A stretch of DNA of 64,000 nt from Eledone cirrhosa (GCA_964016885.1 OZ024740.1:267592001-267656000); one strand, 5' to 3'. Positions 12,633 through 26,870 are shown, counted from the first letter of the stretch. The notes: generated by a model from the sequence alone, not told the origin. Numbers and translations: made by a program.

Positions 12633-13299
12633 TATGAAATATACTGCAATTCTATGCCTACTGCCATCACCACAGCACAGCACAAAAAGTAAAGTAAAAG
12701 AAATCATAAAAAAGAAAACATTAAGAAAAAGAAACCCCTCCCCCCATCACCCCAACACACATACACACACAAAGACAACGATATTACACAATCAAAAGCT
12801 ATAAACATGTTCTACAATGGTAAATATACTTTCTGTCTTCATTTAATATCTTTTGATCAATATTTGAACCATTCTTGTTTAATAATTTCTCACCTTTCCC
12901 AGCTCTTTCTCTTTCTTTAAATCTTTCTCACTCTTTCTCCCTCTCTCTCATCTCTCTTTTTTTCTCTCTCTCTCTCTCTCTCTTACTCTCACTCTCTCAT
13001 CTCTCTCTTTTTCCCTCTCTCTCCCTCTCTCTCCCAATCAATCACAACATCTATCGTTTTAATAATACAAAGCTATTTTCTTTCTCTTCCTCTCAACTAA
13101 CCTTAATCCCCCATCCTTTCTCTTTCTATCAATATTTTAAAATTGCTAAGATTCTGAACCTTTCTCTCACAAAACTATTACCCCCCCCCTCTCTCTCATA
13201 TATATATACACACACACGTACACACATATATATATATATATATATACACATACATTATATATATACATATATATATATACATTACATACACATACATTA

Positions 13300-13465
13300 T
13301 ATGTATATACACATAGATACATTATATATGTATATACAAAGATACATTATATATGTATATACAAAGATACATTATATATGTATATACAAAGATACATTAT
13401 ATATGTATATACATAGATACATTATATATGTATATACATAGATACATTATATATATATATATATA
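13300..13465. repeat. 25-bp minisatellite (attatatatgtatatacaaagatac), about 6 copies
   Basis: Period 25 seen at 13321, 13346, 13371 and onward. Confidence 0.85.
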
Positions 13466-14714
13466 TAATCCTTTTTAAACTCTTTATCTTTTACAAAACC
13501 TATTTTTCTATATTTTTTCACAAAATTGCCGACCAGCTAACCAACCTACCAACTCTGCTTTTTCTTTTCTCTCTATATATCTCTTGTATATAGGTACATT
13601 TTGTTTATTTTTTATTATCTATCCAGTTATCTACATTTCTAAATCTCTCAATTGTTCCAACACACACACACTCATGCACCCCTCACACACATAGTTTTTA
13701 CTTTCCGCTCTCTCTTATTTGCAACCTGTTCACTTCTACTTATCTATCACTTTTTACCATCCACAAGTACACCTATATACCTCTCTCTTACCCACACATG
13801 CTCTTTCTCTCCATCACTTTCTGCTTATCTTTTTGTTTGTTCACAAAAGACTACATATATTTTTGAAGACAAACTATCTCTCTTTCTTGCTCTTTTTTCT
13901 CTTTCTTTTCCAGCAGACACTGATAGAAAATAATCCTGATTTGTGCAAAACACTTTTGTTTCTGTCAGGTTGATGGAACAAATAATTGAATTTCCACATT
14001 ATTCCTTGGCAATTCTTAGCCATGCAAATAATATCATTAACTATTGATTTAACCCTTTTCCTACCAGTCCAAGAATGATAACAAACAAAACACCAGGAAG
14101 CAGAAAGGAATGTAGAAAGAAAGGAAGAAAGAAAGAAACAATGCTAGTTGAACTTCTAGTAAATCCACAATTTAAAATCGTATTACATTTTAGTAGAGTC
14201 ACATTGAAGATTATTTAAACACACACACACACAAATATAAATGCAGACATGAACATAGTCGCACATAAATACATAAGCATGAACACACAAATATATTTTT
14301 TCTTGGATTGTTCTAGAGAATGGAGCTATGTCTATTGCTTTAACAGACTCTCTGGGACTGGTTAAATTGAAACTATTAACATGCTGCTTAAACTGTTACA
14401 AGTCAATAACTCTAGGAAAACAGTGCTGGGAAAATTCTAGAGGGCAAACATTCTGGGAAGGAAAGACAGGGGATATGGTCAGTTCAGGACCAGGGGTGTG
14501 GATATAATATACATGACATTGCATAATATTGTCTTAGAATGTTCTATCATTGAACAAAAAATAACAGAGTGCCTTTGATCATATGTCATCATGATTGGAG
14601 CTGACATAGAGGTGGACAACAATACACCAAGTTCCTGTACTAGATTTGAACTGATCATGAATAGAAGTGCCCAAAATGGGTTTCCTCCAAAGGGTCTTTG
14701 GAGTAATGTTACTC

Positions 14715-15070
14715 AATAGTGTCTAGCTTGGAGATCAGAGAGTTGCTCGAGAGAGAGCCACTACTTCTTCAAATTGAGAATTGCTCCAGTGAGAGCCACT
14801 ATTTCTCCAAATTGAGAGATCACAGCTCTGCTATTATGGATATGTGGTTAGAATGTCTCAAGAAAGAATCGCTGGACAGATTTTACAGGAAAAAAACAGC
14901 CAGCAGGAGACATAGGCAAGATGGTTGCATAATATCCATGAGTTTGGCTGGTCTTGCTTGGGAATTCAGCCAGATCAGTTGGAGATGGTTGCTTCTGACA
15001 GGGCCTCCTGGAATGAGTGTTTGAGGACCCTGCCTTCATGACCCTCTCAGGAACAAGTGGGCAAAGAAGA
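14715..15070 (+). mobile_element. RTE-like LINE 3' end remnant with an internal ~38-bp duplication
   Basis: SSLEIRELLEREPLLLQIE...YYGYVVRMSQERIAGQIL...LGIQPDQLEMVASDRASW; gagagccacta...aaattgaga occurs twice. Confidence 0.75.
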
Positions 15071-16277
15071 ACAAGACTTTAGAGTTGACATCCCAATATC
15101 ATAGAAATAAATACAGTACTCAAATGCACAACGAAATACCCACAGTTGTATTTAGCTATTTTGTTCTTGAATTTACTAAATGGTTGAACTAATACAAATC
15201 TATCAAAGATGGCACTGCAAAAATTATGTAAATATTCTACTTATGGTTGTATATCTCATTTATTTCAAGGGAGTTAATTTGGTGTATAAGTACTATAGAA
15301 GAGGTAGGAATCTTGCAGTGAGGTAAGTCTACAACACAAATTCAAATTCTAGTAGGGTCTGTTTCTTTTACTTCACTTAGTGTAACATTAACTGCCTGAA
15401 GAGGGATGCGATCTATCAAGTTCTCTTCTCCCTGCACACTACATAAGCAAAATGATGACAAATGGTGATTCAATGACATAACTGTCGAATGTAAATGTAT
15501 TCAAAGCTCAAAAAAAATTTTATGGACCTCAGCTTAGTCTTAGTTTAAAGACAGTAAACAGATAGGTAATGATTCTTCATTTGGCTTGAACACCAGTCTG
15601 TTTTGTATAATATTCTCAGATGAAATAATATTCTATCATTTTGTCATTTCACTCTTGCTTGTCCTATAAAGGGTTAAGGGAAAATGTTATCTTTTCAATT
15701 AATTTTGTACAGGAATTTAAAAATAAAAGATGCTGTTTACTTTAATATTTCTCATTGTACAAAAGCAACAATAAAAAAAATTATGTTTGCTTTTTTTCTT
15801 TCTCCTAAAGAATGTTCTTTCCATTTTTCAGAAACAACAATGGATTTGGTAAACATTTATTTATTTTATTTACAAACTAATTTAATAAATATATTTAATT
15901 CATAAAGCAGTAAATTGGCAAAGACTACAAATTGGCAGTGTCATTAGAGCATTGAATAAAATACTGGGATTTAATTTCAGGCTCTCAGTACACTGAGTTT
16001 AAATCCCAGTGAAGTCAACCTTGCCTTTAATTTGAATTGTGGTCGATAAATAAAGTGCTACTCCAGGGTGATGATTGACAGAAATGTGACAGCTTTAGGC
16101 AGGATGCCTTGCACCATTTGTTCTGGATATATGAATTTCGAGTTTAAATTCCACCTCTATGTCGCAAACCTCCTTGTGACAAGAATTAGGTCTCTCGGGA
16201 CCTAACCAATGTTGATAGGCCATGAATCCCAGACAGAGTGGTACATTGGTTGATGTAACATCATGGTTACATCAATA

Positions 16278-16470
16278 ATAATTGTTTCTACTTTAGGCAC
16301 AAGGCCAGCAATTACCCAGTGCATTACTGGTACTTTATTTTATCGACCCCGTAAGGATGAAAGGTAAAGTCAACCTCGGCGGGATTTGAACTCAGATCGT
16401 AAAGGGACGTAACTATGCTGGAAAGCATGGCGTTCGACTCTCTACCGATACTGCCAATCCACCGCCCTAT
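16278..16470 (-). mobile_element. SINE family A, full length (short subfamily)
   Basis: Head agggcggtggattggcagtatcggtagag (A-box-like), B-box gttcaaatcc, Deu/Nin-like core, (ATT)n tail. Confidence 0.9.
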
Positions 16471-17370
16471 CAATAATAATGAGAAGATTCTGCACAATGC
16501 AAGAAAAACCTTAATGACAGATCAGACAACAACTAAAACATAAATTCATAAACATCTATGGCAAAGTTTCTCAATCTTTTACCCTTGTGGAACCCTTGAA
16601 ATAGTTTTCGTGCATAACAATTATTATATACCATTATTTCAGGTATTGACATAGTTTTAAATAATATAGGATAGAGAGTGAGAGAAAAGAAATGAGAAAG
16701 AGATATACAGGAAGAATAGACCCCAGTACTTGACAGGTACTTTTTTATTGACCTCAAACGGATGAAAGGTAAAGTTGACCTCAGTGGGATTTGAAAAGAG
16801 AACAGAGAGCTGGATCGAATACCACAAAGCACATGAACTGCCGTTCTAATGATTCTGCTAATTCACTGCCTGATATATTTTAAGTATAGTATGGATTATA
16901 AAAATAAATACTAAGCTCTAGTTTCAAAGTGTTAATTTTCAGCCAATTTACGTAACTTCTATGTTAGAAATAGCAGCTAAATTTCCTTCCAATCACACTA
17001 TACTATCTTAAAAAAAGGAAGGAAGCAATGGATAACATAATCTTAGATATGCTGATAATAAAATGGGAAAATGACAGCTGGGTTATCTTTGATGATTTGT
17101 CAACTGAATCAGAGCTGACTTGATGCTATACATCAATGATCAGAATAAGTGTTTTTGTTCCATTATGATTCCATTTACACATCTGGTAGGATTTATTAGA
17201 ATATTAAATTGGCTCTAGTACTTGATTGATACTTTATTGTATCGATAGATACAGAAGGATAAAAGATAAAGTTGTCTTTCGAGGTTATTTGAATTTAGAA
17301 CATAAGGGGCCATAACTATATAATGTAATTTATTTTGTGTAACTTCCTAACAGAATGTCATATCATATGT

Positions 17371-17595
17371 AAGGGTAGTGGAATGGCAGTATTGGTGGAG
17401 CGACGGACAACATGCTTTGTGACATAGATTTATGGCCCTTTACATTCTGAGATCAAACCCCGCTGAGATTTGATCTTTATGTTGCATTTTTACAGGGTTG
17501 ATAAAATGAAATACCAGTAATGCACTGGGATTGATTTAATCCATTTTCCCCTTCTGCAAAATTGTTAGCCATATGCCTAAATCAGAAACCATTAT
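17371..17595 (+). mobile_element. SINE family A (long subfamily, older)
   Basis: Diverged match to SINE A including the ggattgatttaatc...cccct segment. Confidence 0.8.
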
Positions 17596-18713
17596 ATCAC
17601 AGGTAACATTCTTAGAAGGCTGCCTGTTCAGGGCTAACCTAGGGCTAAACAACAACAACATAGTAAAGTGATGATGACGACGATGGTGTTGATAATGAAA
17701 ACAAATAAACAATGAAACAACAACAAAGAAAGAGAAAAGGAAACCTAAGTGCTGATGTTAAGTAATAAAGTGTTGTTTGTTTCTAATTCAATTGTAACTG
17801 TTTGTAACCATGGTGATTATAAAAATGGGAGGAGTAAGAGGAGAGAAAGGAATAGGATGAAGAGAAAAAGGAGAAGTAGTGCTTAAGTCTTTCTTTTTCT
17901 TCTTCCTCTTATTATTATTACTATTTTCACATTTTTCCTTTTCCTCCCCCACCTTTCCTTCCCCACACTTTTCAATATAAACAGATTTATTGAATAAGAG
18001 AGAGGCCATGTAGTAAAACGTCTGGGTTTCTATATAGCTTTACAAATCAATCAGTGCAGATTGCAGAGACCAAAAGGGAAGATGAAATAAGCAGGTTATA
18101 AAAAATATATATATATGCATATAGAGAAAATTTTTTATATAGCTTCACTTAAACAAACACACATGTATACATGCATGCAAACAAACAAACACATGTTAAC
18201 ACCTGAATAAACATCTGTGCTGCAATGAGCTAGCAAAAGAGTGTTTATGTGGTCGCTTGATATGCTAGCAATAACAGCTAAACTTACAGTTTTCATAAAA
18301 AGAAACGACATGTTTAACAATGTAGTCCTTGATGCAATATCAAATAATTGTTTCTACTTTTTGGCACAAGGCCAGCAATTACCCAGTGCATTACTGGTAC
18401 TTTATTCTATCGATCCCGGAAGGATGAAAGGCAAAGTTAACCTCGGCGCAATATCAAATAATGATGATTGAAACACTAACAATCATAGATCTGGTTAACC
18501 AAGAATAAACTAGGGTTAAACGACAGTAGGTTTGTACATATTCAGGCTTCTATAGATCAAAAAGTAATTCAGCCCATAAAGTGTCAGTATTGAAATAGAT
18601 TTTTGATGAATATATATATAGATAAAACTTCAATAGATTCCACTAGTAAGTAAATTACTGGCCTTCATTACATATACACCATATAATCTATCTATATATC
18701 TATATATATATAT

Positions 18714-18776
<63 letters not shown>

Positions 18777-18789
18777 AAGACAAATTTAA

Positions 18790-19350
18790 TAAAGGTGCTT
18801 GGTTGAGAGGACCCTTCAGTCATGTTAAGGACATGACAGTCTTCCTAGTGCTGATGATCTATACAATAAATTCACTCAGTATATGCTGTAATGTTGGTGC
18901 TAAGAAGGGCATCCAGCCATAGAAATCTTGCCAAACAAAGGGTTGGGAGGACCCTCAGTTGTGTCAAATACATGACAGCTCCTTCTGTGCACTTTGTGGA
19001 ATGTGAGACTGCACATAAGTGAGACACTGATCCTTGGCCTGCCTAGGAGATCGGTGGTTCTGTTTCAGACTGACTTAGTCTATGTGGACCCATCCAACTG
19101 TTGTTAGCAGAGAAAGCAGACCTTAAAATGATGATGATGATTATATATATATATATATAAACATTTTTTAAAAAAGGGGTGGATTGAGAGGACAACCTTC
19201 AGTCATGCCACATTATGGCAACTTCACTGGTGTCAGTGATCTACATGATAAACGCACCCAGTACATGTTGTAATGTGGTTGGTGATAGGAAGGGCATCAA
19301 ACCATAGAAAGTTTGTCAAACAAAGGGTTGGGAGGACCCTTCTGCCATGT
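18790..19350 (+). mobile_element. RTE-tailed SINE/non-autonomous repeat cluster
   Basis: Repeated ggttggtg(a)taggaagggcatc...aaacaaagggttgggaggacc; similar at 41400-41720 and 60530-60965. Confidence 0.6.
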
Positions 19351-19357
19351 CAAGTTT

Positions 19358-19880
19358 GGGGAATAAAGCTATGGAAGCTTAAAGAGGCACTGAACAATTA
19401 TAAAAATGACAGAAGTTCTTGTTGAAGCATTTGAGAAGAGGGAGGAACAGATGGAGATATAAAGTTCAACTGCGTATGCCTACAAGACAATCTACTGAGG
19501 GATACAATCTGAATCTGGGGTAGATAACATTAGTCAGAGAGCCACTGACATGGTGGTAAAATAGTGCTGTACATAGAGCCATAAAAATGAAAAATGGCAA
19601 GGCTGGAAAGATTGAAAGGTAAGGAGACAGCAAAGAACAATATCAAAAGTAGATAGAAGAAAAGCTAGACATTAGATATGCTTGATTAAGGAAGGAGCAA
19701 AAGTTAAGAAGTTTGATAATGTTCTATGGTGTAAGAATCAGAAGTCATCGGGATTGCAAGGCTGTGTACTAGAAAAAACCTTGAGATATTGTGTCAGAGA
19801 TGTGTATATAGAATGATAATGGTACAGTTGCTCTTACGGATGCCCCAAAAGAAAAAAAAGAGGTATGGAAGTACTATTAA
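19358..19880 (+). pseudogene. Decayed RTE LINE ORF fragment (endonuclease-RT linker)
   Basis: IKLWKLK, TWW*NSAVHRAIK and EVWKYY motifs, with stops and frameshifts. Confidence 0.6.
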
Positions 19881-20559
19881 ATCTTAGTTTGTAGCCCTTA
19901 ATGAAGATTTACCAGCATCAACTTGTTAAATTTGGTAGAGTGTCTTGCTTAATTGAGCTACGTCTAAACATTTATGTTTTAACTTCAAAATTTATTGATG
20001 TTGGCTTTGCTCTTCACCCTTCCAGGGACAATAACATGAGCCATGTACTGAAAATGGTTAAATTAAATCCTCTTTTTCATAAAATTGTGTTGTTATTATT
20101 ATTATTGTTGTTGTTGTAACTGACATTAAATTCTCTTTCTTTGCTGTCACCTGGAGGAGTTTGTATGCCTTTATGATCCTGTGAGATATGTTGGTTGGTG
20201 TTCAAATGTCTCTCATATATAATTAATTTAGACAAGTTTTAGGCAAAAGGCCAAGTCTAAATACAAGAAATCAGACCTACATGTTAAGGATTAGGCATGG
20301 AGCTACTTACCACATTTTATAAATACTAAAGTTTGTTATGGAAACTACAAAGGAGAGCACAATAGTACAGTAACTGAGACAAGAGACTGGCTATATATAT
20401 ATATATATCATCACAGTTTAACATCCATTTCTCCAGGCTAGCATAGGTTAAGCAAGTTGTCCCATTGTGAAACAAGCCAGATCAGATGACTGTGTCTTGC
20501 TCATACAGAACTGATTTTAGCTTGGTTTCTACAACTGAATGCCTTTCCTAGTGCTAATT

Positions 20560-21065
20560 ACATTTACAGTGTGGACTGGGCACATTTTGTTGTGGCACTA
20601 ACACAACCACCTTACAGCGTGGGTTGAGCACCTTATGTTGTGTCACCAACATGACCATTTCACAGTGAGGACTGGGTGCTTTTTGTTGTGTCACCAACAT
20701 GATTACTTTTCAGTGTGGACTGGGCACCAACACGACCACTTTACAGTGTGGACTGGGCATTTTTTGCTGTGGCACCAAGATGACCACTTTACAGTGTGGA
20801 CTGGGTGCTTTTTGTTGTGTCACCAACATGACCACTTTACAGTGTGGACTGGGAATTTTTTGCTGTGGCACCAACATGACCACTTTACAGTGTGGACTGG
20901 GTGCTTTTTGTTGTGTCACCAACATGACCACTTTACAGTGTGGACTGGGAATTTTTTGCTGTGGCACCAACATGACCACTTTACAGTGTGGACTGGGTGC
21001 TTTTTGTTGTGTCACCAACACAACCATGCTACTGAGTTGACTGGGTGCTTTTTGTTGTAGCACCA
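20560..21065 (-). repeat. 48-bp minisatellite (about 10 units, partly alternating A/B variants) inside an RTE-tailed SINE
   Basis: Unit cactttacagtgtggactgggtgctttttgttgtgtcaccaacatgac at 20881 and 20929; SINE tail at 20410-20560. Confidence 0.9.
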
Positions 21066-21167
21066 AATATTTTTGTTAAATAATAGTCTGATCAATTTAA
21101 ATATCTCACTACACACTGTATTATAGTACAAGTGGCCAAGTATTCCACATATACACACACATATATA

Positions 21168-21528
21168 TGGCCTTGCAATCGAAAGGTTGTGAGTTCAATT
21201 ATCAGACCGGATGATGTGTTGTGTCCTCGAGCAAGACACTTTATTTCACATTGCTCCAGTTTACTCAGCTGTAAAAATGAGATGATAGGACTGGGGTCCC
21301 TATCATTCCACTGCAAAGTGGTCGTGGAGGTGCCACGGCAAAAAAGCACCCAGCCCACACTGTAAAGTGGACGTGTAGGCACCACGGAAAAAAAGCACCC
21401 AGCACTCACTGTAAATGAGGTTGGTGTTAGGAAGGGAATCCAGCTGTAGAAATCAAGCCAGAATCAGTTCCCGTCCCACCCTTGCAAGCAGGGAAATGTG
21501 GACGTAAAATGATGATGATGATGATGAT
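21168..21528 (+). mobile_element. Composite SINE family B (tRNA head, CORE/V-like domain, hairpin, tandem units, RTE tail), head truncated
   Basis: Collinear with 25122 and 61419 copies. Confidence 0.85.
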
Positions 21529-22274
21529 ATATATATATATAGATGAATGTAATCCTTAGGCAGAATCAGTTTGAGATTGATCATCAAATGGCCTTTCATA
21601 CAGTTTCAGTCTTTTCTTTTTTATTTTCAGAGCTTGGTTTAAGAAACTGAAGTTGCAACAGATGATACTTGCTTAAGGAGTAGCCACAACTCTTAGAATT
21701 ACAATAAAAAAGGAATAGCTTCATTACATCAGTCTATTAGCTCTTCACTTTTCAAGCAATGAAGCTTAAATGCAATCACCATCAATATTTCTCATTACTG
21801 ACTAAATTTTATTAGAATCTTAGAATCTTTACTGATTACAGCTGAGAGCCATTTTGACTGAGGCATAGTAGCAAAATGAGAAATTGTATACAATACCATA
21901 TTCTACAAATTGTCTGAAGATCTAGAGTAACCATGGCAACAGAGAATGTATATACATTTTTTTTTTAATGTTGCTATAGCAAAGTAGCTATGTAACTATG
22001 GTAACAAATAAAAATAAATGTTGCTTCCAATGCCAGCTACCCTTATAAGTATGTGTATGTGAACACAGATACATTACACACTTGCACACGTGCCACACAC
22101 ATACACACTCATACACACGTGTGTGTGTGCATGAGTGTAAAAATTGCAGTCACGAGAGTAACAAGCTGTTTTCTTGTTTAGCTTTTACATTATTTGAGAG
22201 AAATATAGTGCATCCATAGTGAGAAATTTACACTCTTAGATATTCATTTTCCTATTTTATGCTAGCATGGTTGG

Positions 22275-22710
22275 AATCATCATCGTCGTCATCATCATTA
22301 TGATCATTTTTTTTATATCCAATTTTGCATTCCTGCATGGGTTGGACTGGTCCATTTCAACACACCATTTCTCCACTCAATGCATTCCTTCATCATCTCC
22401 TCTGCGAGTTTCAGTGGTTTGAGATTAACCCTCACCATCTCTGTCCAGGTCTTCCTTGGTCTACCTCTACTGTGGATTCCTTCTACTGTGATTTCCTGGC
22501 ACTTTGTCACCCAGCAAACATTATCCATGCACATCACATGCCTATACCAGCCTAGTCTTCTCTTATGTACACTACTTTGAATTCCTCTTAAACCCAGTTT
22601 CTCCCTCAGTTCGTTCAAGCTGTCTTTCTCTCACATTTACATTGCACATCCAATGAAGCATGGGTGCTTCATTTCTCTCCAGCCTAAACATATCCTCTGC
22701 AGTTTTTGTT
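22275..22710 (-). mobile_element. RTE LINE 3' end
   Basis: AEDMFRLERNEAPMLHWMC / ELREKLGLRGI..RRLGWYRHVM..RGRPRKTW. Confidence 0.85.
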
Positions 22711-23534
22711 AAAACAGTTATTTTCTTTTTACAGTTGGTTGTATTTATTTCTGTTTTAACCACAACTCAACTATGAAGTAAGAAAAGAATCTCTTTGTCA
22801 GCCAGTAAAATTGAAGTAAACAGACTTATATATCTCATCAGGGGAACAAAATGATTGTGTAGTTGGCTTGAATAAATGAAGTGGCTAAATGTTTCCTATG
22901 TTATCTTTTTTAATTATGTATTTATGCATTTTGATCACAGAATTTTTTTCTGGACATCTACATTACATTGCATTTATATACAATGACAATAACTTGAATG
23001 AAAATGAATTATATACTAGCAACCATTGAATGATGTTGAGGTACAAGGAGAGAAACTAATAATATACTACAATATGAAAAAACTATGAAAAAATTATTCA
23101 GTGAATAATTTAACAATTTACTATTCAAACTAACTAAAATCCAACAATTCTAATGGCAGCACAGTTTGCTCAAACCAGCTGTGCCAACCAGAATCACATA
23201 AGAAACCAATTTTTAAAAAAAATTCTTCTATTTTAGTTTCGTCAGTTCATCAATCTTTTAAAGAATACATCACAACTAGAATTATGAGTGTTAAAGAGTT
23301 AAAGAATAATTCTGAAAGATAAAATCTACGCATTCGTTCTATAAAGAAAAATTACAAAAATCTGAATTGAAATAAGAATATATAAATAACATGTTAAATT
23401 ACCAAGTTTAAACATAAACACACAAATCATGTAATAACTAATAAATAATCTCTCTCTTTACTTTGGTCAATGGGTACAGTAGTGGCTGTGTTGTTAAGAA
23501 GTTTATTTTGCAATCTCAAAGGTTTAATCCTTCT

Positions 23535-23765
23535 ATGTGATACAACACAGTTGGAGAGCAAAAATTGAAATTGTCAGCTATGTGTTTCTGTGGACACCAA
23601 GGCAGAAATATCCTAATGTGGGCGACCTCACAGAATCTACTGCAAACATCAATGTGAGGATGCTGAGTGAAACACAGATGAGCTGCGACAAGCAATGGGC
23701 GACAGATTTGGGTGGAGAATGAGAGTCATGGCCACTATACAGACTGGTTGATTTGTGATTTAGCT
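23535..23765 (+). mobile_element. RTE-X-like LINE 3' end remnant
   Basis: HSWRAKIEIVSYVFLWTP..VG then RPHRIYCKHQCEDAE*NTDELRQAMGDRFGWRMRV in a shifted frame, resembling the RTE-X C-terminus. Confidence 0.6.
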
Positions 23766-24834
23766 GTTGTTTCAAGCCAGATCAATTAGGCATGTCATAG
23801 TGACAAATTGATTCTGTTTACAAATTACACAAAGCTACATATCTGTATGTGTTTATGTGTGATAGTGTGCAACACATACTTAGCCAGTTACATAAAATGG
23901 CTGAAAGCAACAATAGTTCAGAGGTTATGTAGATCACTTTGCAATCTCACATTTTTGGGGATTAACTCTACTATAGACATAAGGTTGTTAGTGAAACTAG
24001 GTACATGGAAACTGTCTGAAACCTGTTGGATGGGTTCAACAGCTCAGCCATATTTCAGTGTGTCATGCTGATTCTGCCTGATAATATTATGATAAGGAAC
24101 TACATAACTGTGTTATACTCTTCCACTTACATGCTAATCCAATGAATAAGTCATCTAATTCATCAAACTACTAAATGCTCATCGTTGAAACTGATGGTAG
24201 ATCAATTATGTACTAATCATTCACAAGTGTTACACCATGTCACTGTGTGTCATGGAGATATTTCATTTAGTATTTTTTTATTTTTGTTTTTCTCTTTTAA
24301 TATAACAAAATCTATATTTCATATTAATAAGTAATTTAAAAATGTCATAAACTAGGACTTTTCAACACGCTGACACATGTGCGTGTGTGTATGTGAATCT
24401 GCACATTCACATGTATGAGTATATAAATATAAAAGTGCAAACGCAGACACACTTATAAAAATAAGCACTCACAGACATACATTCACACAACACACACACA
24501 CATTTATATCTACACACACACACACACATTTATATCAACACACACACATACATTCACACTAAAACACACACACATACATTCACACTAACACAAACACATA
24601 GATTTACACATACATACAGATACACTCACACACAGCATAGCAAATAGAACGCCAGTCGCTGTTTTGCTATACTTTTTTCACCATCCTCTTCCTTCCTTTT
24701 ACACACACATTGACTCAAATACACGCATATTGTTTGATGAATGGCTGGAAGTCACTCAAATATATATATAATAATAAAATAATAATAATGAAAATATTGT
24801 GTACAGTGCTCAGGTGTACTACGACTTTATATAT

Positions 24835-25070
24835 ATATTTATAAGTCGTTTGGAAGCCTCGACAATGCAAATGGGTAAATCTCCGGGTAACAAGGTCCGG
24901 TGGTGGAGAGAGAGATATGTAAGTGGGTGTACGTTGAGATGCGTGGTGTGTATAAGATGTGTGAGATGTGTAGAATGAAGGGAAGAGTAAAAGGGTAAAA
25001 ATAATAACAACAACACAAGAGAGAGAGTTACCTTGGGAGAGATTTAATAGTCCCTATATATTTTGGATTC
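24835..25070 (-). mobile_element. (TA)n-flanked Penelope-pLTR-like element, truncated
   Basis: Homologous to 43068-43270; minus strand tccAAAAtataTAggg (hammerhead 3' half-like), then attaaa and aaggtaac. Confidence 0.55.
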
Positions 25071-25121
<51 letters not shown>

Positions 25122-25480
25122 GGAGGCACATGGCTTAGTGGTTAGAGCATTGACCTTGCAATCGAAAGGTTGGGAGTTCAATTCTCAGACCGGGTGATGT
25201 GTTGTTTCCTTGATCAAGACACTTTATTTCACATTGCTCCAGTTTACTCAGCTGTAGAAATGAGATGATAGGGACTGGGGTCCATATCATTCCACTCAAA
25301 AGTGGACGTGTAGGCGCCACGGCAAAAAAGCACCCAGCACTCACTGTAAATGAGGTTGGTGTTAGGAAGGGAATCCAGCTGTAGAAACCAAGCCAGAATC
25401 AGTTCCCGTCCCACCCTTGCAAGCAGGGAAAAAGCGGACGTAAAATGAAATGATGATGATGGATGATGATGATGATGATG
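25122..25480 (+). mobile_element. Composite SINE family B, full length
   Basis: ggaggcacatggcttagtggttagagca (A box), gagttcaattc (B box), cc/ttgagcaagacacttt-like core, RTE tail ccttgcaagcagggaaaaagcggacgtaaaatga(tga)n. Confidence 0.9.
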
Positions 25481-26119
25481 TGTGTGTGAGAAAAACAAAA
25501 TAATATGAATGATAGAATATGTATGTATGGACTCATTACTCCTGATGGATCTGTAGTGTGGCACAGAGATATAGATATAGAACATGTCTTGGGCATTTTA
25601 AACATGGGGGAACTCATCCCTCTCCTGGTCTGATCACAGCTGATATTTTCAAGAGAAAGAGACAGAATGAAGGGAGTGAAAGGGGGGAGTTAAAGAGGAA
25701 AAATTGATGTATATATACATATATATATATATACATACATATACATATATATATATATATACACATGCATGCATATACATACATACAAGATATGATGGCT
25801 GCCGCCTCGTTATCGAGTATGGCCATTGGACGATATACCATTATCAATAATTATTAATTAATTCTATCGCGCAATTCCTGTGCCTGAAGATATTTTTTAA
25901 AGTGAGCAAAGACTGTGCACTGAGCCAATCCCACTCTCTGAGCGACAGTAGCTATAACCCGAAAAGAAGAAAAGATCAACATCATCAGTAACTACTCAGC
26001 CGCAGGTTTTATATCGGAGTTATCCCAGTTTCTTGAGTTGCCTTCTCCTAGAAGAATGCCCTGAGAAAGGATAGGGGGTCCTTCACTCCCAGTGGTTTAA
26101 CCGTGCAGTACATGTCTAT

Positions 26120-26600
26120 ATACATATTTACACACTTTTGGATGGCCGTTGACATACACATATACACACATACATACACATACATTCATATACATACATA
26201 CATACATACACATATACACACATACATACACATACATGCATATACATACATACACATATACACACATATATACACACATACCTATATATACACACACACA
26301 CATATATATATATACATTTACATACACACACACATATACATACACATATACATTTACACACACCCACACATTTATACACACACACATACATTTACATACA
26401 CACACACATACATTTACATACACACACACACATACATTTACATACACACACACACATACATTTGCACACACACACACATCACACACACACATATATGCGT
26501 AGAAGATGGATGTTAAATGATGATGATGATGATGATGATGATATATACATATATATATATATGTGCGTGTGTATGTGTGTGTGTATGTGTGTGCACGTGT
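26120..26600. repeat. (CA/TA)n compound microsatellite with a short RTE tail
   Basis: Direct inspection. Confidence 0.9.
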
Positions 26601-26679
26601 ATACATTTTTATCAACCCTGCAAGGACGAAAGGCAAAGTTGATTTCAGTAGAACAGAATATCCAATGTTGTAATGAATA

Positions 26680-26870
26680 TAATTGTTTCTACTTTTGGCA
26701 CAAGGCCAGCAATTACCCAGTGTATTACTGGTACTTTATTTTATCGAGCCCCGTAAGGATGAAAGGCAAAGTTAACCTTGGCGGGATTTGAACTCAGATC
26801 ATAAAGGGACATAACTCTATGCTTCAAAGCATGGCGTCCGACCCTCTACCGATACTGCCAATCCACCACC
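26680..26870 (-). mobile_element. SINE family A
   Basis: Match to consensus. Confidence 0.85.

Noticed and set aside
20635-21060. CRISPR-like array or 16-aa repeat protein
   Set aside because: Head-to-tail units with no unique spacers, no cas genes, eukaryotic context, and the unit derives from a SINE
25122-25195. tRNA gene
   Set aside because: A and B boxes are present but run into a SINE core and tail; it is a tRNA-derived SINE head
25885-25966. ctgaaga...ccgaaa as a hammerhead
   Set aside because: No pairing stems II or III around the cores
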